Shown here piece after piece: positions 12,401-20,181 of a stretch of 64,000 bases of DNA (position 1 is the stretch's first letter; each line of letters opens with the position of its first letter). Source of the DNA: a virus. The stretch lies in the IMG/VR virus record IMGVR_UViG_3300030098_007301, positions 99,966-163,965 of that record. One strand, given 5' to 3'. The position numbers were made by a program, and so were the translations under genes. A model generated the notes under the pieces. That model saw only the letters and a program-made list of their open reading frames with translations. It was not told the DNA's origin and did not search any database.

Positions 12401-14803
12401 ATTAGACGAAGATATTACTACATTTAAATTCAAGCCATTCCAACCACCTGTAGTAGCACCTAAAACGTGCAATCTATGACTAGGTGAATTTGTTCCTATA
12501 CCAACGTTGCCACCCCCTTTAATAGTTAAAGGAGTTATTGCTGTGCTGCTAGTTTTTGTTCTAAAACGTATATCACCGTTACTGTTATTATATGCGTTAT
12601 CTATATAAAGAATTGATGTAGCATTATCGTAAGACAAAAGTCCATGGAAAGCACTCTCTTCACCTAGTTGAATTGCTCCTCCGTCATTCCCTGCAGAATC
12701 CGGACCCCAACCTTTCGCTAATATTTGGGCTGCTGAACTATCAACGACTTCTAAACGTCTGCTTGGACTAGTTGTTCCTATACCAACGTTGCCATTAGAC
12801 AGAATTGATAAAGCTGCAGTTCCAGCATTAGTGCCAACAGTTGCGTTTACATTAATGTCAAAACCTTGACTGGTTATAAGCTGTTGACTGCCAGTAGATT
12901 TAGCGGCCAATAATAAACCCCTTGTTGCAGAATTTTGTATTTGTAACGTTGCTGTCGTGCTTCCCGCATACGGCCTCCAGTCGGTTGGGGTTCCTTCTGA
13001 TACAGTTAAATGATGATTTGTGGCGGCTGCATTAGTGACGTCAAATACTCCGGCTCCTCCTACTGTTATAAATTTATATACGGGATTATCTGTTCCTATG
13101 CCAACATTGCCGTTGTCATTTATCCTCATCCTCTCTACCGTATCAGTAGAAAAACCTACCTCAAAAGCTAGCCCCGCTCTTGCATTACCTGTGTTTAAGT
13201 TAACTGCTTGAATCCTAGCTCGTGTCCTAAACGAATCTTGAAATTTAATCCCCCATTTATCCGACGCAGTATTTCTGTTATTATCAAGTGTTAATACGTC
13301 TAAATCTGCACCCCCAGCATGAGTAATCTCTGTTTTGCCGTTGTTTAGAACAGTGAATATCGCCCCGTCAGCATTATTCATCACGTTAAGCGCGATGTAA
13401 CTAGCAGACGCATCACGCCCTCTAATAGCTAAAGCGGTGTTTGCAGTAGTAGTAGCTGCGTCAACAAATAAACGACCATAAGCGGAGCTTGTTGAACCAA
13501 TAGAAACATTGCCGGTAGTATTTATGGCAAATGTAGCATCGGCATCATTCACCCCTTGAGGAATAATAAAAAGGCTATCGTCATTTCCATTATTTCTTAT
13601 CTGCCACTTTCTGTCACTCCCCCTGAAGAAATCAATTCCTATGTCATTGTTGCCCGCTGCAGACTGCAATTTAATCATTGCAGATACAGAGCTATAAACT
13701 TGAAATATGCTATCGGGACTAGTTGTTCCTATACCAACATTACCGTCAGACTTAATCCGCATTTTTTCTGTAGCGGAAGCGGAGCCATCAGGCGTAGTTA
13801 AGAAAAGTAAGCTGCTAGGCATGTCGTTAGCAGCAGCTGTAGCCTCCATGGAAGCAAAAATTGTTGCCATCGACTGGAAACTACTTCCATTGTAACCCTG
13901 AAAAGCTAAAGCTGGACCTTGAGCTGCGGGCAACCCCGCAGTGGGATTACTAAGGTCTTTAGCTCTTAACTCAACAACAGCTATACCTCCGTTTTCTCTA
14001 GTTTCGAAAGCGGCTGCTGCCTGATTAGTTGTCTGAATAACCTCTAATTTTCTAGCTGGAGATGCAGTTCCTATACCAAAATTGCCGCCAGTAATATAAG
14101 AAACGTTATCTGAATCTAATCTTATGGTTTCAACTCCCCCGTCCTTCTTTATGGAGAGCCTTCCGTCTCCAAGAGTTTGACGAAATACTAATAAGCTATC
14201 TCCGTCATGAGCGGATATTTGTAAAGGGTTAGCATTGTCTTCAATACTTTTTATGCTAAGGGTATTGTTAGGATCGGCAGCTTGATTGATTCCGACTGCT
14301 ACTCCGTTATCTTGTATAATACCCGAAGTTATAGTATCCTCATCAGACCACCGAGCTACATAATTAGCAACGCCGGAACCTCCAACGCCGGATAAAACAG
14401 ACTCAATACTTTTCCAATTAACGCCGGTTGTTCCCTCATTAGTGAGGACCATCCCTCCCTCTCCAATCGAATTATTAGAGTCATAAATGTTTCCAGATAT
14501 GCCTAGTTTATTAACATTAAGCCGATTACCGTCAGTAAAAGTTAAATCAGCATCACCGCCGAAAGTTCCCGCGTTATTAAACTGGACTTGAGTGTTATCT
14601 CCGCCGGGAGTGCCTCCACCTCCGCCTCCACCAGCTAGCTGAGACCATTGAGAAGTGCCTCCAACTGTTCTTCTAACAAACTGAGTAAGATTGCCGGTGT
14701 TAATATAATACGCGCCATCCAATACCCCGGTAAGAGTCGCATCACTGTTTGGTGAACCGACATTACCTACAAATCTATCTCCTGCGTATCTTATTGTTGC
14801 CAT
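3428..14803 (-). CDS. Giant repeat tail fibre with C-terminal peptidase S74-type intramolecular chaperone
   Basis: 3791 aa; about 35 GNVGIGT-like repeat junctions counted by eye; C-terminus SSIAIKENV...IRPVKY...IGLIAEEL..LFPELV...VNY plus coiled coil is the S74 chaperone signature. Confidence 0.88.
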   Translation of the reverse strand: MATIRYAGDRFVGNVGSPNSDATLTGVLDGAYYINTGNLTQFVRRTVGGTSQWSQLAGGGGGGGTPGGDNTQVQFNNAGTFGGDADLTFTDGNRLNVNKLGISGNIYDSNNSIGEGGMVLTNEGTTGVNWKSIESVLSGVGGSGVANYVARWSDEDTITSGIIQDNGVAVGINQAADPNNTLSIKSIEDNANPLQISAHDGDSLLVFRQTLGDGRLSIKKDGGVETIRLDSDNVSYITGGNFGIGTASPARKLEVIQTTNQAAAAFETRENGGIAVVELRAKDLSNPTAGLPAAQGPALAFQGYNGSSFQSMATIFASMEATAAANDMPSSLLFLTTPDGSASATEKMRIKSDGNVGIGTTSPDSIFQVYSSVSAMIKLQSAAGNNDIGIDFFRGSDRKWQIRNNGNDDSLFIIPQGVNDADATFAINTTGNVSIGSTSSAYGRLFVDAATTTANTALAIRGRDASASYIALNVMNNADGAIFTVLNNGKTEITHAGGADLDVLTLDNNRNTASDKWGIKFQDSFRTRARIQAVNLNTGNARAGLAFEVGFSTDTVERMRINDNGNVGIGTDNPVYKFITVGGAGVFDVTNAAATNHHLTVSEGTPTDWRPYAGSTTATLQIQNSATRGLLLAAKSTGSQQLITSQGFDINVNATVGTNAGTAALSILSNGNVGIGTTSPSRRLEVVDSSAAQILAKGWGPDSAGNDGGAIQLGEESAFHGLLSYDNATSILYIDNAYNNSNGDIRFRTKTSSTAITPLTIKGGGNVGIGTNSPSHRLHVLGATTGGWNGLNLNVVISSSNTYANAHAGGIAFGGAYNSSETQTVLAGVWASRPNAGDGQYGGMVHIGAREHGTDNIEKVINVSHASVGIGTASPGKTLEVIASADNDGIEIGSSSGNVRVIDFTRTTTHANPTARIQVTEPGATHTSDMRFFTSDASGSVPNILERMRIKSDGNVGIGVTDPDAKLEIKGTAGSTGLTFKTTDSSSNNTFWIQDGGKAGLHYHPFVINQDNSDTDCPASTFFYVHHASAPFIIKNDGKVGIGTTDPGVKLNVLENAADWAVIIKNSNANGYGLSIDCSSNTGTTVYALATYTGAGTGFFVKNNGRAGIGTDQPGAAKLDIYHNGGFTDDLPTARIYHRNQPDSGNSRVAALDVNVGMNNGDLFHHGYVQLFQHFTGAAFNSPKLYFSSNSYNNSTNHRQWWGIQALADTTATGDRLAFTCDLSSVNPTATPVHIMSLLTNGNVGVGLTVPLNRLQVMPSTSGSNSSNASEDAAYFGGNELGGIGGYTGIRLGGLGTAGYGIYIRSVKTTAYGNYWNEALTFNVTRTGTQYTIDEAMRITSDSNVGIGTNAPLSKFNVLGTQGNWRVDPDSVSNEIQVLSSNTANTGFRTFRLRTNETIFDTGGSERMRILSDGKVGIGTTSPDELLHLNKTLGTTIVKAEVASNSTVGFEIKKTGSTTQNWRIVDGQTVNGVLEFYDVTDTATRLAIKGDGQLQFNSYGSGTHTGTTAYRLSVDSSGNIIETAIGAGYVDGSGTANTIPRWTDSDTIGDSIITVPSNTSVQMAGELTLNYTSPILNIGKLNTSTGNAKLRFNSKNGAAANAFDIQFVKTATEDRLDFLAGGATPTVSFLNGGQVGIGTTVPAERLHVYIAGNDIPLRVQTDNHVGVEIKGGASHDIYFLLADTATNAKIGWDHSATALKFNASASFNDNHLVVKSTGVGIGVADPGNPLQVEKSSSATSISNAQNDNALKLSNYSTAANGQFVSLGLSVAGTAGASADAVIANFYGSAGNSNLTFHTEASNTLAERMRIQSDGNVGIGTDAPASLLQLLSDGAHDEGAEIFLKHANNNTTDIVGTILFGNNVGGVAMIQGGTTGANNTGYISFSTDNAGTSSEKVRIIGDGNVGIGQIAPKADLHIGGSFSDAANDLGTAALAIKQTGTSAENGIYIERTGERKGYYIGISGVDGLTFRRNFSGTKSDIMSLTRDGNVGIGTTNPANALHVHGSADGFGYIRITDGGLGATATDGARIGYNSSALRIQNYENSNISFFTNNTTEALTIQNDGNVGIGTDAPATIFHIHTDSASAQEVFFDNNGVGPVGITFRTDFATNAGLANFIRFDAEDDGGNNTRYSTIESFIVDNTDTEEDGRLTFSTIVAGTDTETMHVVGGNVGIGINNPNARLKVQTSNTDVAIFQSTHATTANFYLSNNTATANNTSNLYFCPANGINGASVRAIAIEDFSTSANRTADLFFETRKDGTMSEKMRILADGNVGIGTDAPAALLNLFKTGANDAVSSAIYLQRAAGNYGCAILQVGNGTAGTEKLMFTAGHNSDPMSITNAKMTIQQDGKVGIGTTGPDSKLEIAGGGYNSSLKIKGSGADTGIQFEDSAGNTDGYIYANGGMVGFLDAGTHWTIQCKDDDYIKFLTNNGTEHMRITSVGNVGIGTGNPTGKLQIGANYTIPGTAYGGNDIYIANTGSHSDYDPSVTNTDDFRALIAISDGTTTGPTKPGLILYNDDTTAGGFSPMLLFAKRETGSSPYKAATAAIYARSPLGTGNSDSWIDGELIFATAGAATQGIRQRMVINKEGLVGIGTNNPGYLLHVQGTGPDLLKLRATTAGSATAPKIHFEHSSGGTQTADIVFDQSGQNKLKFTTYYQSATDGNLIQFAPADTVAMTIRGGTGSSAGFVGIGTTDPGKLLELVGGGLRLPNGESIDWNNENTRILGSHNSNKIQFDVGGVSNVLYLSNGSVGVGTNSPVEKLDVVGKQRITQNIVSNNTYQMLAFGSNRPIDDYGGLNKDYWRINVVTPGANTTGESNGHSQGDLRFSGVTGSNTTYADRFVIRFGGNIGIGTNTPATRLHVEDSTANTTATKITVQGGSLGFTLGKAQTADHYAHLRPLADNAMALRVMPNGTTVRESYVEVWNKDYENAANSTSWHRGMFYIDTSNDVYLRADGLGTAGRVYIGTENNTQTLTVQDSGNVGIGITNPSAKLYVNGATYINSDLTVDGNINFETKGDYITFFGDNNAHHSISSRNSSGNADDDIRINTYGGLFINLDSNGNDNAESHQRFQIGRHAGTGAVSASDLLLNLSGVTGMFTLYKYGSGTHTGTAAYKLSVDSSGNVIETAIGAGAVDGSGTANKVTKWTDSDTIGNSQITDNGTSVGINVSPNAANKLEVNGQLRATTGIFGNSSVSNVAAKPIHIKFGGTAALRLEDSTSSNYVYDISADFTNGFRITDVTSTLVPFTIAKTTGSVGIGTTSPAQKLHVQGTTSIVHIESSTANANASVWFKSNVGGTVANRWEIGTNISAGSSLEIYDRLNSASRMVVKNDGNVGIGTNNPGTILHIKQNDAVGPTISLTNNSKTSYINLWGATGGGTDRTNQFEINAVNTGYGLTLASTDYVRFKTNGITASDEAMRITSDGSVGIGTITPGQRLDIINGAIRISSSGETKIFFRETVAADTYADRWTIGNDDAINNAFVFSTGANFASPKLVISDDGNVGIGGDPVGDLMISRGTSAGAEIQFHGTDTAYHRLGIRKTGSRLDMGEYNNAGSALTPILTVDGDGDRVGIGTTSPEASLHVNGIVRVGVDDAGHDVRFFGATSGRYWEWDESMDLVRMRDNVKSVYGNGDDLQIYHDGSNSYIKEASTGDIILDTNSNIRFKSSTEHLLNATANGAVELYYDNSKKFETTSGGVTVTGTLTETSSIAIKENVETYTPSLDIINKIRPVKYNRKENKKKKEIGLIAEELAELFPELVEKDEKGNPSSVNYSRAVTVLLGGFKELYKEVQELKKRI

Positions 14804-14805
14804 AT

Positions 14806-15861
14806 TTATGAAAAGCTAAATGTAAATCCGTAAAATGCTCCACTATTATATTCCGGTTCGTAAGTAGAGGCTTTTATTCTTATTTCGTAATTTCCCGCCG
14901 CTAAATTATTTTGAGTAAAAGTTCCTATTCCGTTTGTAGTTGTATATCCATTTACCCTGCTTCCTTGTTCAACCCATTTAGTAGATTGAGCCCTAGGCTC
15001 TCCTTTAGTGTTTGGTGTTTGATTTGTGTTGACGATTGATTGACTTCCCACGTTATAAAGCTTCACTTGTTGAACATCTATATTGTAAGATAAATCATTT
15101 TCTCCTAAATCTTCTTGATTTTTTAATGTAGAATTATCTAATAATCTATCATCCATAGGAGCCCTTCCTGAGCATATCATAGTGTCTGTAGTAGAATTAT
15201 ATAAAGATAAAGTCATCGTGTTCGAAAAAATAGATTTGTCTCCCGGTTCACCTACGTCAATTTGAGCTGGTATTCGTCCGTTCACGCTGCCGTCAAAAAT
15301 ATGAGAAGTATCGCTACCCAATCCCGAAATTTTTATAGTTAATGTTTTAGTACTAGATAAAGTAAAGCTTCCCGTGGCTTCTCCGCTTTGGGTGAATTTA
15401 TTAAAATGCTCATGCGCAAAATCAAATCCATAGTCTTCAGAATCAAAATAACCACTAGTGTAAGCGGTTGTTAAATCCGATTCATTTTGGATGCTTACAT
15501 TTAAACCGTCAGAAGAAACTTCCCAAGGGTTCAATCTATGCCATTGAGATAAATCTATATTGTTTCCTAGCGAGTCATCGCCTCCATGTAAAAACCAACC
15601 GTAGTAAATGTAAGATGAAGAAGGTAAGGCTTTTGAATAATCATTAACAATTAGCTCATCATACTCTGTATAATATTCATCTTCCAACCCATCTACTTCC
15701 ACGCTAAAAGGAAAACTAGAACTTTGCTTTAAGGAGAAGTTTTGTTGGGTTGGGCTTCCGTTCCCATGGCTCCAAAATGCTCCAGTTTGCCAAGAAATAG
15801 TAGGAGCCTCTTCGGAAGAATCCTGCTTCTTAACAAAAGCTGTTGGAAAAGTTAGTCCCAT
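14806..15861 (-). CDS. Putative virion structural protein
   Basis: 351 aa, beta-rich composition, tightly coupled between structural genes. Confidence 0.5.
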   Translation of the reverse strand: MGLTFPTAFVKKQDSSEEAPTISWQTGAFWSHGNGSPTQQNFSLKQSSSFPFSVEVDGLEDEYYTEYDELIVNDYSKALPSSSYIYYGWFLHGGDDSLGNNIDLSQWHRLNPWEVSSDGLNVSIQNESDLTTAYTSGYFDSEDYGFDFAHEHFNKFTQSGEATGSFTLSSTKTLTIKISGLGSDTSHIFDGSVNGRIPAQIDVGEPGDKSIFSNTMTLSLYNSTTDTMICSGRAPMDDRLLDNSTLKNQEDLGENDLSYNIDVQQVKLYNVGSQSIVNTNQTPNTKGEPRAQSTKWVEQGSRVNGYTTTNGIGTFTQNNLAAGNYEIRIKASTYEPEYNSGAFYGFTFSFS

Positions 15862-16835
15862 TAGAAATTATATCCAGTAACGGCTGAAGCCCATATCTTA
15901 TTGTCTATGTTAATAAAAGTGTATAAATTAGTTTTATCTCCTGCTAGCTTAGGAGCAGCATTGCCGTATTCCGCCCCCCAATAAACTGTTGTAGACCCCC
16001 CATTAAAATTCACTGTTATTTCAGATGAAGTACTATTAGTAACGTACATTGTTAGAGTCTGTCCGTTAACGTCATTCGTAAATGTGTAGTTGGTTGCACC
16101 TCCTCTAGTTCCATATTGAACATTTCCAGCGCTCCAATCGACGGTATCATTAGTAGTATTGTCTGTTGGGTTTTCTTCGTATGCGCGTTTCCTATGTATA
16201 ACGTTATCTACTGTAATGGTTCCCCCAGCCGCAACAGTTATGTTTCCGTCTTGAAAATTTACATTTCCTGAGACGGGAGTGTCACTTAAATCTAAAGCTT
16301 GAGCATTAACGTCTATATGACGATTACCTGAAAGTGTTAAATCTTGATAACCTAATAGCTGTAAATCTGTACCGTTTCCATCTGAATTAAAAATCCTAGA
16401 TCGGTCTAAGCCTCCAATTGAGGTATTATTTCCGAACCCAATATTCCCAGCTCCTGTGATGTTGAGCCCCTGCATTTTTAAGTCTAAGGTTGCGACGCAG
16501 TTACCCATGTCGTCTCCACCTACCGCATTGGCTATACCACTTCCTGTTACTAATTTACCATCAGTTAGCCTTACTTGAAGATAGGGGTTTTGAGTGACTG
16601 TGTTAGAAGCCGTATCCCAATTTGAGTCACTGTTATTTAAATATACGTCTTTATTGACGCCAGAAACTTGTGTGGCGCTTATGGGATTGAGGGCGTATTC
16701 GGCGACTTCTTGCGCTGTAGTTTTTAAGGTGGTATAAGGGCCACCTACGTTACCTGAAGCTATAGGGAACAGACAATTATCTGTGATCCCGACGGTCCCC
16801 ATTGCTGTGAGTTGAGATATCTTTTTATTAGCCAT
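15861..16835 (-). CDS. Putative tail/fibre-associated structural protein
   Basis: MANKKISQLT N-terminus common in phage fibre-type proteins; Gly/Asn/Thr-rich; C-terminal DWSAGNVQ beta domain. Confidence 0.6.
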   Translation of the reverse strand: MANKKISQLTAMGTVGITDNCLFPIASGNVGGPYTTLKTTAQEVAEYALNPISATQVSGVNKDVYLNNSDSNWDTASNTVTQNPYLQVRLTDGKLVTGSGIANAVGGDDMGNCVATLDLKMQGLNITGAGNIGFGNNTSIGGLDRSRIFNSDGNGTDLQLLGYQDLTLSGNRHIDVNAQALDLSDTPVSGNVNFQDGNITVAAGGTITVDNVIHRKRAYEENPTDNTTNDTVDWSAGNVQYGTRGGATNYTFTNDVNGQTLTMYVTNSTSSEITVNFNGGSTTVYWGAEYGNAAPKLAGDKTNLYTFINIDNKIWASAVTGYNF

Positions 16836-16868
16836 TTTTCCTTAAACCTTATTAATATATACACTCTT

Positions 16869-18287
16869 TTAATAAGGCGGAATCAGATTTGTTACTAATA
16901 AATCATTGCTTTCTTGCTGCAAATAAAAATTATCATCGTCACCGCCTTCTAAAAGAATAAAATCTTCTATTTTTTCCGCCCCTAGTACGCCGCTAATGAA
17001 AAATCCGTTATTTTGATTGTCAGGATTAACTTCCACACTGAATGAAGCGTCAAAAATCTTATTATCTCCAATGCTTGAGCTGTAGCTAAAGTTCTCTAAT
17101 TTTGCGCCGACAAAGCTATATCTTAGGGCTTCGTCGTTTCTCTTTATGGGAATCGCACCTGCATTTATAGGGGCAGCTGTGCTTCCTGTGCATCCATTTG
17201 GGTCTACGCTTATTGTAAAATCGTATCCACTATTAATTTCTACTAAGTCTACTAGTGAGCCGCTGTTCCCGGATTGGACGATGCCCTGTATGGATAAATT
17301 TGCAAAAATCGGCGAATTAGGCCGGTTATCGACAGGGAACTTATATCCCATGTTATCCAGTGGAACTTTATTTAAGTTAAGGTCAATGTTGTAACTTTGT
17401 ATATGTAGCTTGTCAAAATCGACTCCAAGTCCTGAAAACGAGTCAGTGGTTATGGAGATATCCCCCGGCTGAAGAGCAGGGTAGCCTTCTTCTGCCAATA
17501 TCCGAGGAATGACGACGTCGCTAATGTTAAATGGAGTTCCTGTCTTAGTATTAATATCAGGAGCCTTAAACCCGCTGCCGCTTAAATTAAAATCTATATT
17601 GTAAGCATTATAAGCTACTGAAGCGCTTGGAAAATCTCCTACTGCTCCCCTTGTGGAGTAAGATTGTAAATAACAATTGCCAAATCCTATCACATGGTAT
17701 CCGGGGGCATTATCGTCTATACCTTGATATAAATCAGCTTGGGTAAAGTTTTCTTTAAAATATTCTTGATCTAAATCGTCTCCGCTTTGATTTACGGCTA
17801 CATAAAAATTACGACAATCTTTATACTGGTTGATAGCAAAATCTAACCCCGGGACCTTAACCGATCTATTTTTATTTTCTTCAAAGAAGCCCGATAGTAA
17901 AGAAACCCCTAAGTTGTTAGAATAAAATGGGGCGCCCCCTTTATTAAATTCAAATTGGGGATAATTTACATTTAAGCCAATCCTAGCTTCGTTTTTAGTG
18001 CCGCATAAAAGGTAGTCAAAGTTAAGGCTAACAGTTGGATAGTTAATTATAGGCCTATCCACTAGCCCTCTTTGATTAAGTTGAGTTACGTTAGTATGGG
18101 GAATATTTATGGAATAACTGACCGACTGGACTCTATCTATCGGATGGAGTAAATTAATTTTTTGAAATAAGTCGGAATGATCGTTAGTAGGAGCCCCTCC
18201 GGTATAATGTACAAAATTATAACCAGTTTCCGGTGCAGGTCCTACAAATAAGCCCTGACAATTGTAAATGACATTGGGCTTTGGCAT
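16869..18287 (-). CDS. Putative tail tube-like structural protein
   Basis: 472 aa with two similar halves (VQSVSYSIN...P.V.L.F and IQSYNIDLN...PI.A.L.I); lies right after the portal gene. Confidence 0.45.
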   Translation of the reverse strand: MPKPNVIYNCQGLFVGPAPETGYNFVHYTGGAPTNDHSDLFQKINLLHPIDRVQSVSYSINIPHTNVTQLNQRGLVDRPIINYPTVSLNFDYLLCGTKNEARIGLNVNYPQFEFNKGGAPFYSNNLGVSLLSGFFEENKNRSVKVPGLDFAINQYKDCRNFYVAVNQSGDDLDQEYFKENFTQADLYQGIDDNAPGYHVIGFGNCYLQSYSTRGAVGDFPSASVAYNAYNIDFNLSGSGFKAPDINTKTGTPFNISDVVIPRILAEEGYPALQPGDISITTDSFSGLGVDFDKLHIQSYNIDLNLNKVPLDNMGYKFPVDNRPNSPIFANLSIQGIVQSGNSGSLVDLVEINSGYDFTISVDPNGCTGSTAAPINAGAIPIKRNDEALRYSFVGAKLENFSYSSSIGDNKIFDASFSVEVNPDNQNNGFFISGVLGAEKIEDFILLEGGDDDNFYLQQESNDLLVTNLIPPY

Positions 18288-20161
18288 TATTTATCTCCCT
18301 CATAAACACTCGCGTAAAGAATTCCAGCTAAAAAATCATCCACCTGATGCTCTAAAGCAACTTCTTGAATTTTCTTAACTCTTTCGTGGTCTCTGTCGGT
18401 TGGTTCCGCTGCATATCTTCCTGCTTTTGCGAGCCAACTGTCAGGTTCTTCATTAGCTATAACAATATTAGTAATTTCCCTAGCTACTTCTTTTTGTTGC
18501 TTACTGAGCCTTTTCCTGCCATGTAACTGTCGCAACGAAGCTTCTACTTCAATATTTAACTTGTCAGAAAGATTCAGATTCTCTTGAATTTTAGATAAAC
18601 TAAAGTTAAGTGCAGCTTTTGTACCTACTGGAGTTTTTGTATCAGTTTCTTTTGGCGCTTGAGCTCCGGTAGGCCTACCGTTCATTTGAGCGGCTTTAGC
18701 GCCACCAATAATCGGCTCGTACAAACCTTCGTTCCTAAACTCCTTAAATTTCTTTTGGGATTCCAGTGACTCTTCTTGGGTCGGGAACCTGCCAGACTCT
18801 ATAGCTTGAACGCCTTCTTCAGGGGTCAAAACTCCAAGTTCAATAAGTCTACTATATATCCTAGAATAAACCGATGTATCTCTCAAATCCACATCTTCAA
18901 AATGAGCAGTTGGGTAATTTTTAAAACCCATTTCTTTAGAAATTCTTCTAATTTCTGGCATTAGGAAGTTTTCAAGAAAAACTCTACGTCCTTGTTTTAG
19001 GCGTTCCATAAACACTTGAACCTTTATACTAGTATTAGCGAACTTCTCATCGCTAAGCAAAATATTGTTAAGGCCCATTTGAATGTCTTGATTTACTACA
19101 TCATATTTTCTTGGATCTAAAATATTGCCTATATCGGGAATGACAAATTTCGCATCTGTAGTATAATCAGATATTAAAACTCTACCGACAGATTCATTCT
19201 CGAAGAGTTTTTGCATAGCCATAAGGTTCTTTTGGTTAACTCCTCCATCGGCAGGTTTAGCGCCCATTGTTACCAGAAGAATAGCTTGATTAGTGGTGCG
19301 GGCTACAGCCATATCCATTTGCTTCATCTCCTGCTTCCAGTTGATATCCTCTAAGACTGGATACCCCATAGGCACCGCAAAAGGTTCATAATCTTGCTTC
19401 TTATAAAACACCGCGCAAAGCTTTGTAGCGTCGAGTGGAATAGTTATAGCGGTCGCTCCAACTTTTTTTGTATTTTCTATGAGTTTTTTTGTCTCCGGCG
19501 GAAGGCTGTCAAAAACTTCTCTATCTTCTTCCGTTTGAGGGAATCTAAGTCTTTGCAGTTCGTAATCAGTAACTACTTTATAATAAATACCAGTACTAAA
19601 AGACACGCTTCCTTGAAGCTGTATGTCAGAAGGGTTTAAGATAATATACTTGGACGGTATTTCTAAATTGTCGGAAGCTTCGGATAGTCCAAAGGTTTGA
19701 TTTAATTTTAAAGCGTCAGATCGGTCCATTTTAGCGTTGAACCTGTAAACGAAAACATTTCCTGATCGATAATACTCTCTGAAAAACCTACTTTGTAGAT
19801 CATCAATGTTTATTCTAGTGAGCAACGTCTCGAAGAAATCCCTAGACTTCTTACTTCCTCCTGTATAATAAAGATCACTAATTGAAAACTCGGTCATCAA
19901 GTCAATAGTGTTTCTAAATACTGAAAAATTATAATACGCTTTCTGGCACAATATAATAGTGTCCCTAATGTCTATATTAGAATTATTTTTGACTCCATGG
20001 GAATATTTAAACGGAATCATGCCGTTTTCGATATTCCTGAATCTATCCGTCCGAGGTATATCGGCAGCAGCGTTTCTGCGGGTTCTCGTCTGGCTAGCCT
20101 TTGCTTCATGCATGGCCATCAGTGGTTCCGCACCTTGTTCCATTTTCTTCCTTACAGCCAT
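18287..20161 (-). CDS. Portal protein
   Basis: 624 aa directly downstream of terminase; AYYNFSVFRNTIDLMTEF, FFREYYRSGNVF and LNP.DI features; helical C-terminus. Confidence 0.7.
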   Translation of the reverse strand: MAVRKKMEQGAEPLMAMHEAKASQTRTRRNAAADIPRTDRFRNIENGMIPFKYSHGVKNNSNIDIRDTIILCQKAYYNFSVFRNTIDLMTEFSISDLYYTGGSKKSRDFFETLLTRINIDDLQSRFFREYYRSGNVFVYRFNAKMDRSDALKLNQTFGLSEASDNLEIPSKYIILNPSDIQLQGSVSFSTGIYYKVVTDYELQRLRFPQTEEDREVFDSLPPETKKLIENTKKVGATAITIPLDATKLCAVFYKKQDYEPFAVPMGYPVLEDINWKQEMKQMDMAVARTTNQAILLVTMGAKPADGGVNQKNLMAMQKLFENESVGRVLISDYTTDAKFVIPDIGNILDPRKYDVVNQDIQMGLNNILLSDEKFANTSIKVQVFMERLKQGRRVFLENFLMPEIRRISKEMGFKNYPTAHFEDVDLRDTSVYSRIYSRLIELGVLTPEEGVQAIESGRFPTQEESLESQKKFKEFRNEGLYEPIIGGAKAAQMNGRPTGAQAPKETDTKTPVGTKAALNFSLSKIQENLNLSDKLNIEVEASLRQLHGRKRLSKQQKEVAREITNIVIANEEPDSWLAKAGRYAAEPTDRDHERVKKIQEVALEHQVDDFLAGILYASVYEGDK

Positions 20162-20181
20162 AATTTACTTTAAATTTACAC

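Noticed and set aside
1026-13895. Plus-strand ORFs inside the tail fibre genes
   Set aside because: Antisense shadows of Gly/Thr/Asn repeat codons (PIPTLP patterns) with no independent signals
3428-14803. Diversity-generating retroelement acting on the tail fibre
   Set aside because: No reverse transcriptase in the window, and the duplicated blocks differ largely at synonymous sites rather than only at adenines
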